64,000 nucleotides of DNA from assembly GCF_006345805.1 (NCBI RefSeq), contig NC_043001.1, forward strand, positions 96,038,001 through 96,102,000, in the 5' to 3' direction. Positions 1 through 13,287 of this stretch are shown here, piece by piece. Both the position numbers and the translations under genes were made by a program. Each line of letters begins with the position of its first letter. Position 1 is the first letter of the stretch. The notes beneath the pieces were generated by a model. The model had not been told where the DNA came from. It searched no databases and was given only the letters and a program-made list of their open reading frames with translations. The DNA comes from Octopus sinensis (Eukaryota).

Positions 1-300
1 TAAGGATGTTGAACGAACCACCCATGTTTCCAAAGGTGAATTATCCAAACCTCTGAGAATTCCTTTCAATATACGGCTATGATGCTCCCCATAACTTCTG
101 CTGGTGATCAGAGATGCACATATTGTCAGCCACTAAGGAACATGGTCAACTGGTCAAGGTCAAACAATTGACAAGCAAATCTGAGGTATTGAGCAGAATA
201 TTTGTTGTAGTCCATGTTTAATACCAAAACAACACAATGTACATGATAACACTTCCAATCAGTTAAGAACAGCAGCTATGAGATCCACTGCCTGGAACTG
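1..300 (-). repeat. Partial copy of an unclassified ~555-bp interspersed repeat (cut by the window edge)
   Basis: Aligns by eye along its whole length with 28276-28577 (shared motifs such as ggtgatcagagatgcaca, ggtcaaggtcaaacaa, gtacatgataacacttccaatcagttaaga, cactgcctggaactg). Confidence 0.85.
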
Positions 301-1410
301 TATTGCAATGGGGAAAATTTTGTTCAATAGTGCAATATAAAGCTTAATCATCAAAGGAGACATGTATTGAATGCTACCCTATTTCCTTTGTTCATTGACA
401 TGCATTAAACTAGCTATCTAGTGGGTTACATCCATAAACCCTATCTTATTTGTACTATATATATATCTCTTATTATAAAAGGCAGATTTTATCTGCCTCC
501 CTTTGTAACTTATAGAAATCTACAATATAGGATTTCTTCAATTACAATTTACCTAGCATTTTTAAGAGTAGAATTCATCGGGTCATGCCAGGTCCAGTTT
601 TTAAAATTTAAACTCCAATAAAGCAAAATTTACAGAAAACTCACATTCTGGTGTGTATGTCAAATGTTTTTTTAATGTGGTTTACACCACACGCACACGC
701 ACACACACAAAAAGGGAGCGATCTCATTCACTCACGCTATCACTCATTTCTGCGACTTTCTCTTTGCACGTTTGCAGCGATTAAAGTGAAACTAATTCGA
801 TAAAACGAGAGAAGTGTACCTTAAACCACTACTAAAAAAAAAACAGCAAACAGAAACAAATAAATACATAACGATTTACTCCTCACACAATTTCTTCAAT
901 TAGAGTGTACCCATGATTTTTCAGAGTACTTCAGTGGGTGATGCCATAAAAAAATTCTTTCAATTTTACCACCAATTACGACAACATTCGAGAAAACTCA
1001 ATATTTTAACATATCACTCCGAAAGCATTGGTGTACATGTGTGCGTGCGTGAGTGTGTGTGTGTCATTCCTCACACATGCGCATACACATACATATATGA
1101 GAGTGGCAAACACAAACGTTTCAAACAACTACATACAAACACGTGTGTGTTTGTTATTAGTAAAAAAGGCGCCAAAACACAACTCACTTATCATTCCAAC
1201 ACATTTGCAAAGACACACGGACGGTGGAATTGCTATAACAATACAGAAAAGGTAAATTGGTTTTTATTTTACTCTGTATATATTTTATTATATAATATTA
1301 TATATAGATATATGTATATATAATTGCAGTATGAAACAGTGTTTATGTATAAACAGACGACACTTATATATAGTTATTATAATAAGAGATTAATAAATGT
1401 ATGCATCCGT

Positions 1411-1730
1411 TTAACCCTTTCGTTACCAAACCGCCCGAATTTACCTATTCATATTTAAATGAGAATATCAGAGCAAATCTCTGATACGTGAAAACACGTA
1501 TTATACTTCGTAAAAACTTCAACTACAGTTTTGTACAAAAATCGAAGTGTAATTTTAATTCCGTGAATTATGGGAGATTTTTTCCGAACTTTGTTCCTAT
1601 TGTGTTTCAAAATTTGTAATTCTGACAAAAAATGGATACGAATTTCATTATATCAAGCAGCGAGTCAGAATTCGAATTTTTCTACTGAAGACCTTCATAA
1701 ATCTAACTCTATGACTGAAAAAAAAAAGCA
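1411..1730. mobile_element. Possible left end of a piggyBac-type non-autonomous element
   Basis: TTAA followed by CCCTTTCGTTACC at 1411-1427, the typical piggyBac TSD plus CCC terminus. No matching right end found. Confidence 0.3.
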
Positions 1731-2123
1731 TCTTTTATAAGAGTGAAGTTGTGTGTCTGTCTCCTACGATTTAGATTCCTAACTACTCCCACATTTTGCG
1801 GTGCAGTTTAACCAAAAGCGGGTATCTTATAGTCGTGATTCATATCGAGCCCTTCTGGGTATTAGCGCGCGTCTACGATGAGTCTACGGTTTTAAAAAAA
1901 ATTACCATCATATTTTTCCATTTAAATGCAATTTTTCGCTTTTATATAAGGGAAGTAACTCTCTCAAAATATCTACGATGTGTCAACTATTTAAAAAAAA
2001 ATTTACCTTAATTTTTTTTCAATTTTTAATGCATTTTTTTGCTATTTTTGGGCTATAACTCTCTAAAAATGCTTATATAGTTATTTCCCTTACAACCAGA
2101 GAACGCCGGGCCGATACTGCTAG
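1731..2123 (+). mobile_element. Non-autonomous Helitron-like element
   Basis: Starts with TC (tcttttataagagtgaagttgtgtgtctgtc) after an A and ends with CTAG (2120-2123) before a T. GC-rich subterminal stretch gaacgccgggccg. No TSD. Confidence 0.5.
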
Positions 2124-2132
2124 TATATATAT

Positions 2133-2169
<37 letters not shown>

Positions 2170-2232
2170 TACTACGTATATATACATATACAAATAAATA
2201 TATATTTTCGCATATTTACATATAATATAGTA

Positions 2233-2315
<83 letters not shown>

Positions 2316-2405
2316 TATACAAATATAGATTCAGATGAATATGGTACTTAAGTTGAGGCACCAGAATTTAGTATGGTATTATCCATACAATTTAAAATTA
2401 TTATC

Positions 2406-2689
2406 AAAATAAGTAACAAGGTTACCCAGCGGTAATGCAGTACGATCGTTTCATACGACCCCATTTAATTGAACAGTTTGTGATGGTGTTCGTAAAACAT
2501 GTTCTTTGTCTATCACCTTATCCTCTTGGCAATTTTGGATAAAATTATACTAACGTGTCCTTCAAATTTAATTAAATTCTATGTTTTTGTGCAATTTTAA
2601 ATTGACGTAATGTTTGCATTGTTTAATTAAATGGAGTCGCATGAAACGATCGTACTACATTACCTCTGGACATCCTTGTTGCTCATTTT
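2406..2689. mobile_element. MITE-like element with ~73-bp imperfect inverted repeats
   Basis: 2406-2479 (aaaataagtaacaagg...gtacgatcgtttcatacgaccccatttaatt) is the reverse complement of 2616-2689 apart from scattered mismatches. Confidence 0.75.
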
Positions 2690-2712
2690 GAATATAATCA
2701 CCATATACAAAC

Positions 2713-2745
<33 letters not shown>

Positions 2746-2875
2746 GTATATATATATTTGATTCACGTGCCATTGCTGAATACCCTTAGTAGGCAGTTGG
2801 TAATGTATCTATCGATCTGTTTCACTCAGTGTAGGCACTGCTTATTGGCCTACGCAGCAGCACGTTCTTGATATA

Positions 2876-3185
2876 TATCACCGTGATCACCGTGACCGAC
2901 CAGGCTATCAGATGTTGCTACACATCGCTGGTCACAGTGCGTTTCGCATTCTTTTAGCCTTCAAATGACGCCATCCCGCTGGCTTAGCGAGCAGGCCAAC
3001 AGAAGAAAGAGTGAGAGAAAGTTGCGGCGAAAGAGTACAGCAGCGATTGCCACCACCCCCTGCCGGAGCATCGTGGAGCTTTAGGTGTTTTTGGTCAATA
3101 AACACTCATAATGCCTAGTCTAGGATTCGAAACCGTGATCCTATGACCGCGAGTCCGCTGCCCTAACCACTGGGCCATTGCTCCT

Positions 3186-3188
<3 letters not shown>
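2876..3188 (-). mobile_element. tRNA-derived SINE, family A' (tail ...ggtcacggtgatcacggtgata)
   Basis: Minus-strand head with A box TGGCCCAGTGG and a B-box-like GGTTTCGAATCC. Sister copy at 31335-31627. Head shared with 50840-51208. Confidence 0.85.
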
Positions 3189-3224
<36 letters not shown>

Positions 3225-3247
3225 ACACACACACACACATATATATT

Positions 3248-3280
<33 letters not shown>

Positions 3281-4920
3281 TATATATTATATATATATAA
3301 TATATATATATATATATAATATACAGGCATACATTAAAAATAGTGGTACAATATGCACCTGTTTGCTAGAAAGAAGAGTTAAATCTCTCCAAAGCCAAAC
3401 ATCTTTCACTGTATGCAAACACGCACAGAAAACGTAGCGAATATACTAAAAAAAAATGCCGTCCTATTTCTAAAGCTACAAATTGGTGAGTATATATCTC
3501 AGTATCAATTGATTTCGCTTTCTATGTCAAAGACACTTAAACCTCATCAGCTAGGCTTACTAAATAAACTATTTAAAAAATATATTTACCTTTCCGTGTG
3601 TGTCTGTATATGTGTGCATAAATAAATATATATATATAGAGAGAGATATATATGTATGTGTGTGTGCATTTCTGTATCTATGCACATATATCTGTATTGT
3701 GTAGGTGGGCATTCTATAGTAATGTATAATTGTAGAAGTGTAGAAGTATATTTTATCTATATGCGTTTGAATACGTGTATACAATCGACATATATTCCAA
3801 TGTAAAATATGTTTATAATTTACTCAGGCAAAACAGGCATAGCCTACAAATTACGTCCTAACATATTTTCACATGCTTAAATGCTGCACTGCACCTTTTG
3901 ACGAATTAGATTTTGTTGAATCAGTATATTTATCAAATTATGCTGTTTGAATTTGGAAATGATTTTGCAATTTGTAGCCGGACGCTAAAATTCCTGTTTA
4001 ATATTCGGAGCAGATTTCTAGCACATAACGTGTTTAACATGATGTAATACCACCAAGCATATTGATCAACAACTTTTAAATACAAAATTACTCATATTCT
4101 GTCTATAGGGACTCGGTGTGTATACCTTCTCTCTAGTTCTCTCTCTTTCTTCCCTCTCTCCTTTCAAATATGTATGTGCGTGTGTGTATGTGTGTGTGTG
4201 TGATTGTCTGTTTTTTATGCCAATGTATGTTTGCCTGTGTGGCTGTATGTTTATCTTTGTTTTATTTCATGAATATAAATTGATAAATCCTTGGAAATCT
4301 TGCAGCCTGAAGCTTATACGAAACACCCACCTTTTCTCACGCAGAAACACACGGATGTAGATGTACTTGTGCATTCACACATTCACACCCGCGCAAGCAC
4401 CGCTATACTTACACACAGAAACAAATATATATACCTGCACCAGTCTACAAATTTTTTCTAACATTGATTCCTTTTGACGTCACCCTGCGAATGTCTATCT
4501 CACTTCATATCTGTATATCCCTTTCTATCGTTATATCTATCCATTTATGTAGCTTTATAGATATCCCTCGTTCTTCTCTTTCAGCCACTCTCTTTACTAT
4601 TTGGTTCCCTCTGCATCAACCTTCACTCTGTTACGCTTTCTTTACCCCCATAATCTTCTGTATGATTTTCCCACTCCCCCGATTCACCTAACACACATTT
4701 TCCCTCGTCCGTCTTGTCCCCTTTTTGCTCTTATCCTTTTACTACGTTCCTCAGCTGAACATTAGCCAATTTGCCGTTTGACATTTTTAAGCCCCTGGTT
4801 CGTATAATTTTTTTTATTTCTTACATAAAGTTTCTCAGTTTATAAAACCTACGTGGTATGTTTGCGCACAAATGGCCATAATTTAATAATTTACATAGCC
4901 TGACAGGATATATATTAATA

Positions 4921-5692
4921 TCTGACCGGTTCGCGGAACACCTTCGTGACATCCACCTTGCGAACGACACACCGGTCTCACGCCATTTCCGCTCCACCGG
5001 TCACTCCTTGCAACACCTATCTGTGTTCGGTTTGTCCTTACACAGAGGCCATCCGGATTCCCGTTTGCGTCGTGAACAGGAATTAATCTTCTCTCTTCGC
5101 TCTTATACGCCATTTGGTCTCAACTCTCCCCCCCCCCTCCTCATCTAACCCCCCCCTCTCCCCCCTCCCTCCCTATCCTTTCCCCCCGACCCCTACTTCT
5201 TAAGTCCTTCATCCTTTCACCCCTACTCTCCTTCCCTTCTTCCCTCTTTCTTCCTCCCTCCTTCCCTCTTCCCCTTCCCTCTGCTCCCTCACTCCCCCTA
5301 TCCCTATTTCCTCCTCCTCCTCCCCCCTCATCCCCTTCCTTCCCCCCTCCTCTCCTCTTTCCGCCCTCTCCTCCTCCCCCTCTCCTCCTCCCCTCTTCTC
5401 CTTCCTCACTACCCACACGACTTCACACATCACATCATATATGATGTGCCATACTAATACATACACCAACTAATACATACTAATACGTACTAATACATAC
5501 TATACATACTAATACATACACCACCCTATACATACACACGTCCAGACCCCTCATACGCACTTATACTCTCTCATACACACACACACAACACACCTTGTGC
5601 ATACTAATACGTACTATACATACTAATACTACTAATACACATACACCACCCCATACATACGCACGTCCACACCAATCCTACGCACTAATACT

Positions 5693-5728
<36 letters not shown>

Positions 5729-6093
5729 ATACATACTAACATACACCAACCCTATACATACACACGTCCAGACCCCTCCTACGCACTATTAGCTGGTCCT
5801 TCAACCATATTATCAACCCTATTATCTCCCTTTATTTCGCTCTCGCGTCTCATGTTTGATCTTGACCTCTGGCCGAAATCAGATCGCCATGTTGATTCGT
5901 TAGCTACTGCACGCATTTTTTTTCTCTCCTTCTTTCTGTGTTTTTTTTCTCTCTGTGTATCTTCTGTTGAAGAGCGTAGGCTCGAAACGTTAAAGACTTG
6001 TTTTATTTATATTTCCTGAGCGCCATACTAATACAATTGTTCGTTTGTTTTCCACCTGCCTTCGTCTTTTATCTATTTTCATAAAGCTTCCCG
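4921..6093 (+). mobile_element. 5'-truncated Penelope-like element: C-terminal half of GIY-YIG plus 3' pseudo-LTR
   Basis: Plus frame from 4924 reads DRFAEHLRDIHLANDTPVSRHFRSTGHSLQHLSVFGLSLHRGHPDSRLRREQELIFSLRSYTPFGLNS, matching the PLE GIY-YIG C-terminal pattern (R..EH, PV..HF...H, E..LI..L....P.GLN). It is followed by CT- and CA-rich tracts and a hammerhead-like motif, and ends in (TA)n at 6094. Confidence 0.85.
5959..5997 (+). ncRNA. Degenerate minimal type I hammerhead-like motif in a PLE pseudo-LTR
   Basis: CTGTTGA-A-GAGC(GTAG)GCTC-GAAAC-GTT-AAAG. The core differs from CUGANGA at A6. Confidence 0.5.
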
Positions 6094-6151
<58 letters not shown>

Positions 6152-6153
6152 GC

Positions 6154-6188
<35 letters not shown>

Positions 6189-6220
6189 TATATACGTACA
6201 CATATATATACATAAATGTG

Positions 6221-6545
6221 AAGGCGCATGGCTCAGTGGTCAGAGCGTCGAGCTTACGATTGTGAGGTTGTGAGTTCGAATCCCAGACCGGGCTGCGTGT
6301 TTTATTCTTGAGCAAGTCACTTTATTTCACGTTGCTCCAGTTCACTCAGCTGTGGAGATGAGTTGCAACGTCACAGGTACCAAGCTGTAGCGGCCGTTGC
6401 TTTTCCCTTGGATAACGCTGGTGGTGTGTAGAGGTTATTCATGGGCGACTACTGGTCTTGCATAAACAAACTCGCCCAGACTTGTGCCTGGGAGGGTAAC
6501 ATTGTAGGTGCAATCACACTCTAAGCCATGACCGAAGGGATACTC
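6221..6545 (+). mobile_element. tRNA-derived SINE, family C
   Basis: A box TGGCTCAGTGG (6229-6239) and B box GAGTTCGAATCC (6272-6283). Body is shared with the minus-strand copy at 35775-36065. Confidence 0.85.
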
Positions 6546-6708
6546 AGCTCTCGACATACATATATATATGTGTATGTATGTGTGTACGTATATATATATA
6601 TGAATATGTGTGTGTGTGCGTGTATGTGTATATATATGTATATATATGTATGTTTATACATACATACACACACACATACACACACACACACACACACACA
6701 TATATATG

Positions 6709-6761
<53 letters not shown>

Positions 6762-7623
6762 AAAATAAGAAAATAGAGAAAAATCAGTTAATAATTATAT
6801 TCCTTAATTACAAAAATTGACAAGATTCCTAACAGCTGTTTCGATTCAGACTTTAAAGATTTTAGTTCAAATAATTCAATCATTACAAAGGAGAATCTCG
6901 TCGGAGGTAGAAAAAAACTATACCATTATGTTTTTATGTATTAAGTATACGGAACATTTCAGAATATTTATTATGCTATATATTTCTTACTGTGCACAGT
7001 ACAACTTTTCTTAGTTTATCGTTCCATCAGAGTACTATAAAATATTATAACTTTAAGACTTCGTTTAAACTGATATTCCTATCCCACGATTTTGACTGAT
7101 GTTGTCAAATCTTGATGATATTTGAACCACAACAGACGGCAATGTTGAAAGAATTTCTTTTTACGTTGCATTTCCGTTTCCCCTTAGAATTTCTTACGCA
7201 CACACAGACACACAATCACATGTGTGTCCATGTGAGCGGCTGCATGTGTACAAATATCTCTCCCTCTCTCTTTGTACACCCCCACATGTATATACAATCA
7301 CATGCAAAACCATATAGATACATAAATACAGTTATATATATATATATATATACATGCATATATACATACACATACTTATGCATACGAATGTATATGTATA
7401 TGCATACATACATATATGTATGTGTATATGTATATTTAGAAATATATGTATTACAGAAACCTTTATTGTCAATGATGCTCACATCATTTTAAAGATTGAA
7501 CATTTATCTATTTTTCTAGATAATTGCCATTTCGGTCGATGCCTTTTTGTAGGTGCTGGGGCAGTTTTGGTATGCCCATACACATTGACCCACACACATG
7601 CGTACAAACAGGCAAAAAGAGCG

Positions 7624-7790
7624 CAGCTTGAATAACGGACGGTGTCAACAACTATTGAACAGTTTGCCAGATGCAACGAAAATTTTAGAGGTAATAAATA
7701 AGTAAATGAGTGGAAATTTTACCGGTGCGTGTGTTAACTTATAAGGCACTAAAAGAGAATGACTTTATTCAGACACAACAGAATTATTAG
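7624..7790. repeat. Dispersed ~165-bp repeat (second copy at 41877-42040)
   Basis: Shared cagcttgaataacgga...agatgcaacgaaa...taagtaaatgagtggaaattttaccggtg...ttataaggcactaaaagag. Confidence 0.75.
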
Positions 7791-7959
7791 TAACTTTTCT
7801 TCAGAAAATATTATGCATTGCAATTCATAACTTGTTTGACTGTCGCAATAATTAAGTTAAGGAAATATTTTTAACACACATACATGCATAGACAGAGCAC
7901 ATATACATGCGCGCGCACACACAGACACACACAGGCACACACATGTATGTGTATGTATA

Positions 7960-7994
<35 letters not shown>

Positions 7995-9519
7995 TTACAT
8001 ACGAAGAGAGAGAAATAATTATTTAAGCTATTATATTCGAATACGTGAGCGTTAGTGCAGTTGTGCGCCTATAATCATACACAGAAATCCAGTGAGAAGC
8101 TGAAAGGGAGAGAGATGGAGAGAGAGAAAGAGAGAGGGAGAGAGAGAGATTGACTTGGGTACAGCAGAGATTTGTAATTTTATCGTAAAATCGTTACGAT
8201 AGCATTGAGAAATATGCGTACATACATATAGACAAGCATACATACATTCATACATATATAGAAACATTTATACATATATACATATATAAATATATTCATA
8301 CATAGTTATATACACAAATGCATATATACATTAAGGCATATATATATGAATACATACATACACACATGCAAACGTACACACATATATACCTTGATATACA
8401 TACATATATACATACGAATAGAATGAATGAGAGACAGAGGAGAGATTTGCGCACAAATCCGGAATTTGTGGTACATTCAGAGAGATTCTTCAAAAATTAT
8501 TCCACTGACTTCTTAAGGAAAATTACTAGCAGACAGTTTGTTCTATTTATTTTGGCATTTAATCAACTGTCACAACTTTTCTTACTAATTCCAAGAGCAC
8601 GTATGCTACAAGGGAAAGAAAACCTTTGTAATACATAATGTTTCTCCAGACAATTTAAGTAGCTTTTCTAGGAATATTTACCATACTGAAAGCATCTGGA
8701 GTAATTAACACCATGTTTTGATGTACGAGTGACTGTATGCTGTCCTTATTTTGCTTTAGATGACAGAATAAAAAAGAACAAGATCTTTAACATGAATTAA
8801 ATACAAAGACACTATAGTTGTAATTAATGCTAAATTGTCATACATGCTTAAGTCTTCAATTAACAGTGTCCAGGTACGCCTGCGTATAAAAAGGTCAACC
8901 GAAAGAGGATTCATATTGAATGTTGTTGCTGGAATCTACAAGGAACATTTCATTTGGTTCCTGGGCCAACGATAACAGCAACCAAATATTCTACAAATTA
9001 CATTCTTCAATCACAATCAAGAGAAAATTATATAATACTGTTTAGATAGCTTAAAATAGCCAGAATAATGAAGGGTTTGATTATAGGCTGTAAACAATTG
9101 AGATCTGCACTAAAAACAATATCAGCCTAAAAACACCAGAAACAAGGATACCTTAAGTAGTAATTACTACGCAAATTCTCGTTGAATCGACTAAACTACT
9201 AGACTTAATTTACTCATGACTGACATTGAACTAAGTCCACACTCATAACGGCAAACTCGATATATTTTCATATTAATTTATGTAAATTCATGTTACTTTA
9301 TCTTATTGATTCCCGAGGATTAAAAGCCATAGATGAAGCAGGGTATTATTAACTATGATCCCAAATTAAATTATCCATATTTTACATAAGGACAACGTCT
9401 CTAAAGCAGGAGAAAATATAAATGATATCGACCTTAGTGTTATATCGGTGACTGTTCCACGAAGCTGAACTCAAACCATGAAGAGCACTATTTAAATATC
9501 GGTTTCCTAATTAGGCACA

Positions 9520-9870
9520 TGACCAGCAAGGAAGGTTTGTGGGGGGGGGGGAGGTAAGTCGATTTCATCAACCCCAGTATTCATCTGGTACTTATTTTAT
9601 CAACCTCGAAATGAAAAAATGTAAAGTTGGCGTCGGCGGATTTTGAACACAGAACATAGGGACGGACGTCCTATTTAAATATATTGATTTAAAATGTTAG
9701 CACAAGGCCAGCAATTTCAAGTGATCAGGTAAGTTGCTTACATGGACCACAATCACCAGCTGGTACTTGTTTTGCCGACCCCGAAATGATAAAAGGTAAA
9801 GCCGACAACGGCAGAATTTGGACTCAGAACTGCGGACAGGCAGGTTATGTAAATATCGCCATTCTTTTAA
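9520..9870 (-). mobile_element. Two degenerate Deu/Nin-domain SINE fragments (family D)
   Basis: Eroded versions of ...ctggtacttattt...cgaccccgaaa..atgaaagg..aagtcgac...ggcggaatttgaactcagaac, seen intact at 43652-44061. Confidence 0.6.
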
Positions 9871-10545
9871 GCCCATGCTCTTACGAGTGTGTCTACCCAT
9901 TCTTCATGGCCACATTAAATTAAGATTTTTGCCACTACCTTAAAGATACATAATTCCAAAATTTCTTGAAACTAATTTATTATCGCTTCCTTGCGTATGA
10001 ATAATGACATCAGTCTGAAGAAACACTGAAGTAATACAAAACATATTTAGTACAGCAGTAATTTTGTATTACCTATTTTACTGTATTTCAATAACATAAC
10101 TTAGTTTTAAAATCATTAAAATGTAATATTCGCTAGAATAATTTTCTTGTAGAGAAAATAGGATGTTACAGTCCCTCCAGATGGAAAATTATCTATCCAT
10201 GAACAGCAACGAACACATACTGACATAACTAACACTAAGTACAGATACGGGGTTTTCTTTTCAAATTTAAGACTGCAGAATATTCTAGAGAACTTCATAG
10301 CCTGTTACATACTTAGTAATTAATTCATGGCCCCAGGATGACGTGGTTTTTATCGATGTGATTTCTATTCAGATGAGAATGAGTCAAAACAAAATGTTGT
10401 AAACGCTTTTAAAAATGGGAAGGAAATATATCTACCTGGGGTATTAATTAGCACTGTGATATTTTTATACCAGTTATTTATCCCAGGTTCGACAGAAATT
10501 CGCGCTATTATTTAAGAAACACAAAGTAATAATATTACTACTACC

Positions 10546-10605
<60 letters not shown>

Positions 10606-11211
10606 TCCTAAGAAGGAATATATTCACAGACACGACAGAGTTGGGACCTATATACACTGGAAACTATGCCAACATTATGGAATAACAACAGAAAAAAGAT
10701 GGTATAGGCACACACCAGAAAAGGTCACAGAAAACGAGAAAGCAACCATACTCTGGGATATGCCAATACACACAGATAGAGAAATTAAGGCCAACAGACC
10801 AGATATAGTTGTCAGAGATCATGAAGAAAATATGTTTTCTAATTGATGTATCAATACCAGCGGATGACAACGTGTCTCTAAAAGAAATGGAGAAACTTTC
10901 AAAATACAAAAACCTGGAAATAGAGGTAACCAGAATGTGGAATCTAAAAGCAGAAATAATTCCTATCATAATAGGTGCATTAGGCATGATAAAAAAATAT
11001 TCGGACAAATACATAACAAAAACACCAGGACTTACAAACACATATAACATACAGAAAATTGCACTACTAGGCACTGCACACATCCTACGCAGAACACTTT
11101 CCATACAGTAACCATCATAGCATCACAACAAATCACACCACATACCCAAGGCACACAGAGCTGCGCTCGGTAGTGAAGTGAAAGCACGATATAAAAAAAT
11201 ATACTACTGAA
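10606..11211 (+). mobile_element. 5'-truncated R4/Dong-clade LINE (REL endonuclease plus 3' UTR), subfamily 1, inside (TAA)n
   Basis: Reads KKEYIHRHDRVGTYIHWKLC...ILWDMPIHTDREIKANRPDIVV, then after a frameshift CFLIDVSIP...EKLSKYKNLEIEVTRMW...IIIGALG...GTAHILRRTL*. (AAT)n lies at about 10548-10605 and 11212-11297. Confidence 0.9.
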
Positions 11212-11213
11212 TG

Positions 11214-11270
<57 letters not shown>

Positions 11271-11339
11271 TTAATAATAATAATAATAATATTAATACTT
11301 TTTTACTATAGTCACAAGGTTTCCAATTTGGGGGAGGGA

Positions 11340-11490
11340 CTGGGCCTCACTTGTAAGAGCAAGATCTATTTATCTTGATATGAGATCACCATTACGCGCA
11401 CATGTGGTTGCGATGGATGTGTCTTGTATACCCTTATCAGACGAGTAGTCATGATAGGTATATTGGACTTCGCATATTTATACTCACTAG
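11340..11490 (+). repeat. Fragment of the ~555-bp unclassified repeat
   Basis: Reverse complement of about 28080-28225 (tatcttgatatgagatcaccat...cgcgcacat.tggttgcgatg...tcagacg.gtagtcatgat.ggtatattgg.cttcg). Confidence 0.75.
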
Positions 11491-13193
11491 AATCCTTCCC
11501 TGAGTAATTTTCTTGCAACTTTACACGATGCAATTATATGATCGCAGTACTTTTTTCCAGCACCAGAGCAGCCACCTGGGAAGGCCACTATGGGCTGTCA
11601 ATACAAGTCGGGTCCCTCAGGATCCAACTATCCATATCATTATCCACGAAACTGTCAATAGTCCCTTCCCTGAGATAGAACATATATGCTTCACTATTTT
11701 CCCTGGGAGGGGCCTCCACTCCCTCGCTCGGTGACACACATCCCACTAACGAGGTTATCTCCCCCCCCCCGGTGGCACACATCCTACCGAAGGGGTTTCG
11801 GGACATGCAGTCGCCGGTAATGCCCCGTTTTTGTTTTTTTTCTCTTCTTTTTTCCTTTTACGACAGGAGGGTGGAGTTCCTCCGACATCTCCGGAGGACT
11901 CTCTCTCCTCCTGCCATCTCAGGATCCATCGGTGGGCAACCAGTGTTGCTCACTTTCTTTCTTTTCTTCCCCTTTGTTTTGGAGGAGGCTACCCCGCCGA
12001 CTGTTTCCTCCACTGGGAGAGCGGGAGACACCTTTTCAATTAACTATTCCAGGAACATTGCCTGATTCCGGCGACAGTTCTTCTTTAAATAGTCCGATTC
12101 CAGGCACAGCTGACACTTAGGGGGACGTCCCTCAATCATCACCAGGTACTTGGAACAGGCGATTGTTAAAAAATCTGGTTAAACAAGATCATCGGCTGAT
12201 TTGGTCCATAGGGTCAAAATTGCTTTTGACCCAACCCAATCAACCGCAGGCAACATTTTTACATTTAAGAGTCTGGCAGGGCCGCCACCCAGACCCCGAC
12301 GGATAGTGTATTCTATCCACTCGGCCTCTATACTGAGTGGCAGTCCACATACCCAGGATCTTGTCAACTTTGTACTGCCATAAGTAGGGAGTAACAAAAT
12401 TTTCCCCACCTCCAAATGCATGTGCGCAAAACCACGAGCTTCCGCAGGGGTGTCAAAAAGTACACACACAGTTCCATACTTCGCCCCGCTGCGGATAAAC
12501 CTAACAGTTGGCAGATAGTCTGCCAACTCCTCCTCAATGTCTTCTTCATAGAAGACGTTGATGGTGTCAAGGACCCTGGAGTACGTCCTTAATACCACCG
12601 TTCTCTCCTGTATAATTTTTCAAGTATTCTTTGGGGGTCACAATTTGACACTCCAAAGCGGATTTCACAGTTGCCATGTTGATAGCCAAAACAAAACTAA
12701 AAATCCACAAACAAAAATCAAGATATTTAAATGAAAGTCTATAAAGAAACTCAAAAAGATCAGAAAGACAAGCAGGAGAAGAAAGAGCGAAGGAAGATAA
12801 TCCAAAACGGCAACACAACAGTATTCTGCTACTCCACAGCACAAATATTATTCCGTCCAACTCTTGCTGTACTCCTATCATTTATGGAAAAAACCACTTG
12901 AAAGGGTACAAACACGGTCATAGAAATTTCCTAAACATTTTCGGAGTAACCCGTCTCCCGAAAACACACAATTCTCACTAAAATATGAGTGTTTTTAGTA
13001 CGACCACTGCAAAAAAATGTCTGGAACCCAGTGGAGACCCTTCTTCGAAAAAATAATAACCTTTACGGACAACAGACTTCACTAAGCTCCCAAACAACAA
13101 ATGCCTTACCCGTGGTCGTGCTTCAAATGTTCAATTCTTCACGTAAGATGTGACTTCCACCGCAACGAAAAACAACGCGACAACTTGGTAGAA
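11490..13193 (-). mobile_element. L1/Tx1-like LINE 5' portion: 5' UTR plus degenerate gag-like ORF1; no ORF2 seen
   Basis: ATG at 12677 gives MATVKSALECQIVTPKEYLKNYTGE. A frameshift leads into RTVVLRTYSRV...YGTVCVLFDTPAEARGF...VCGLP, then past a stop to VMIEGRPPKCQLCLESDYLKKNC (CX2CX4[H>Y]X4C knuckle, about 12085-12140), followed by a K/R-rich tail. Confidence 0.6.
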
Positions 13194-13230
13194 GTAAGCA
13201 AGCTACTTACCAAACAGCCACACCTACGCC
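13194..13230 (-). mobile_element. Isolated 37-bp 5' head of SINE family B
   Basis: Plus-strand gtaagcaagctacttaccaaacagccacacctacgcc matches 47358-47392. Confidence 0.7.
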
Positions 13231-13256
13231 TAGCCACAATAATAATAATAATAATA

Positions 13257-13287
<31 letters not shown>

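Noticed and set aside
4883-5113. Minus-strand 76-aa ORF with a plausible-looking composition
   Set aside because: It is the antisense of the PLE GIY-YIG frame on the plus strand.
6221-6292. tRNA-like sequences here and at 3120-3188, 47330-47392 and 51140-51208
   Set aside because: They are SINE heads: each continues into a repeated SINE body and lacks a clean cloverleaf.
8892-9050. Frame RGFILNVVAGIYKEHFIGSW, resembling the Tc1-like NVWAGI..IGP motif
   Set aside because: A single weak motif with no catalytic residues or TIRs traceable.
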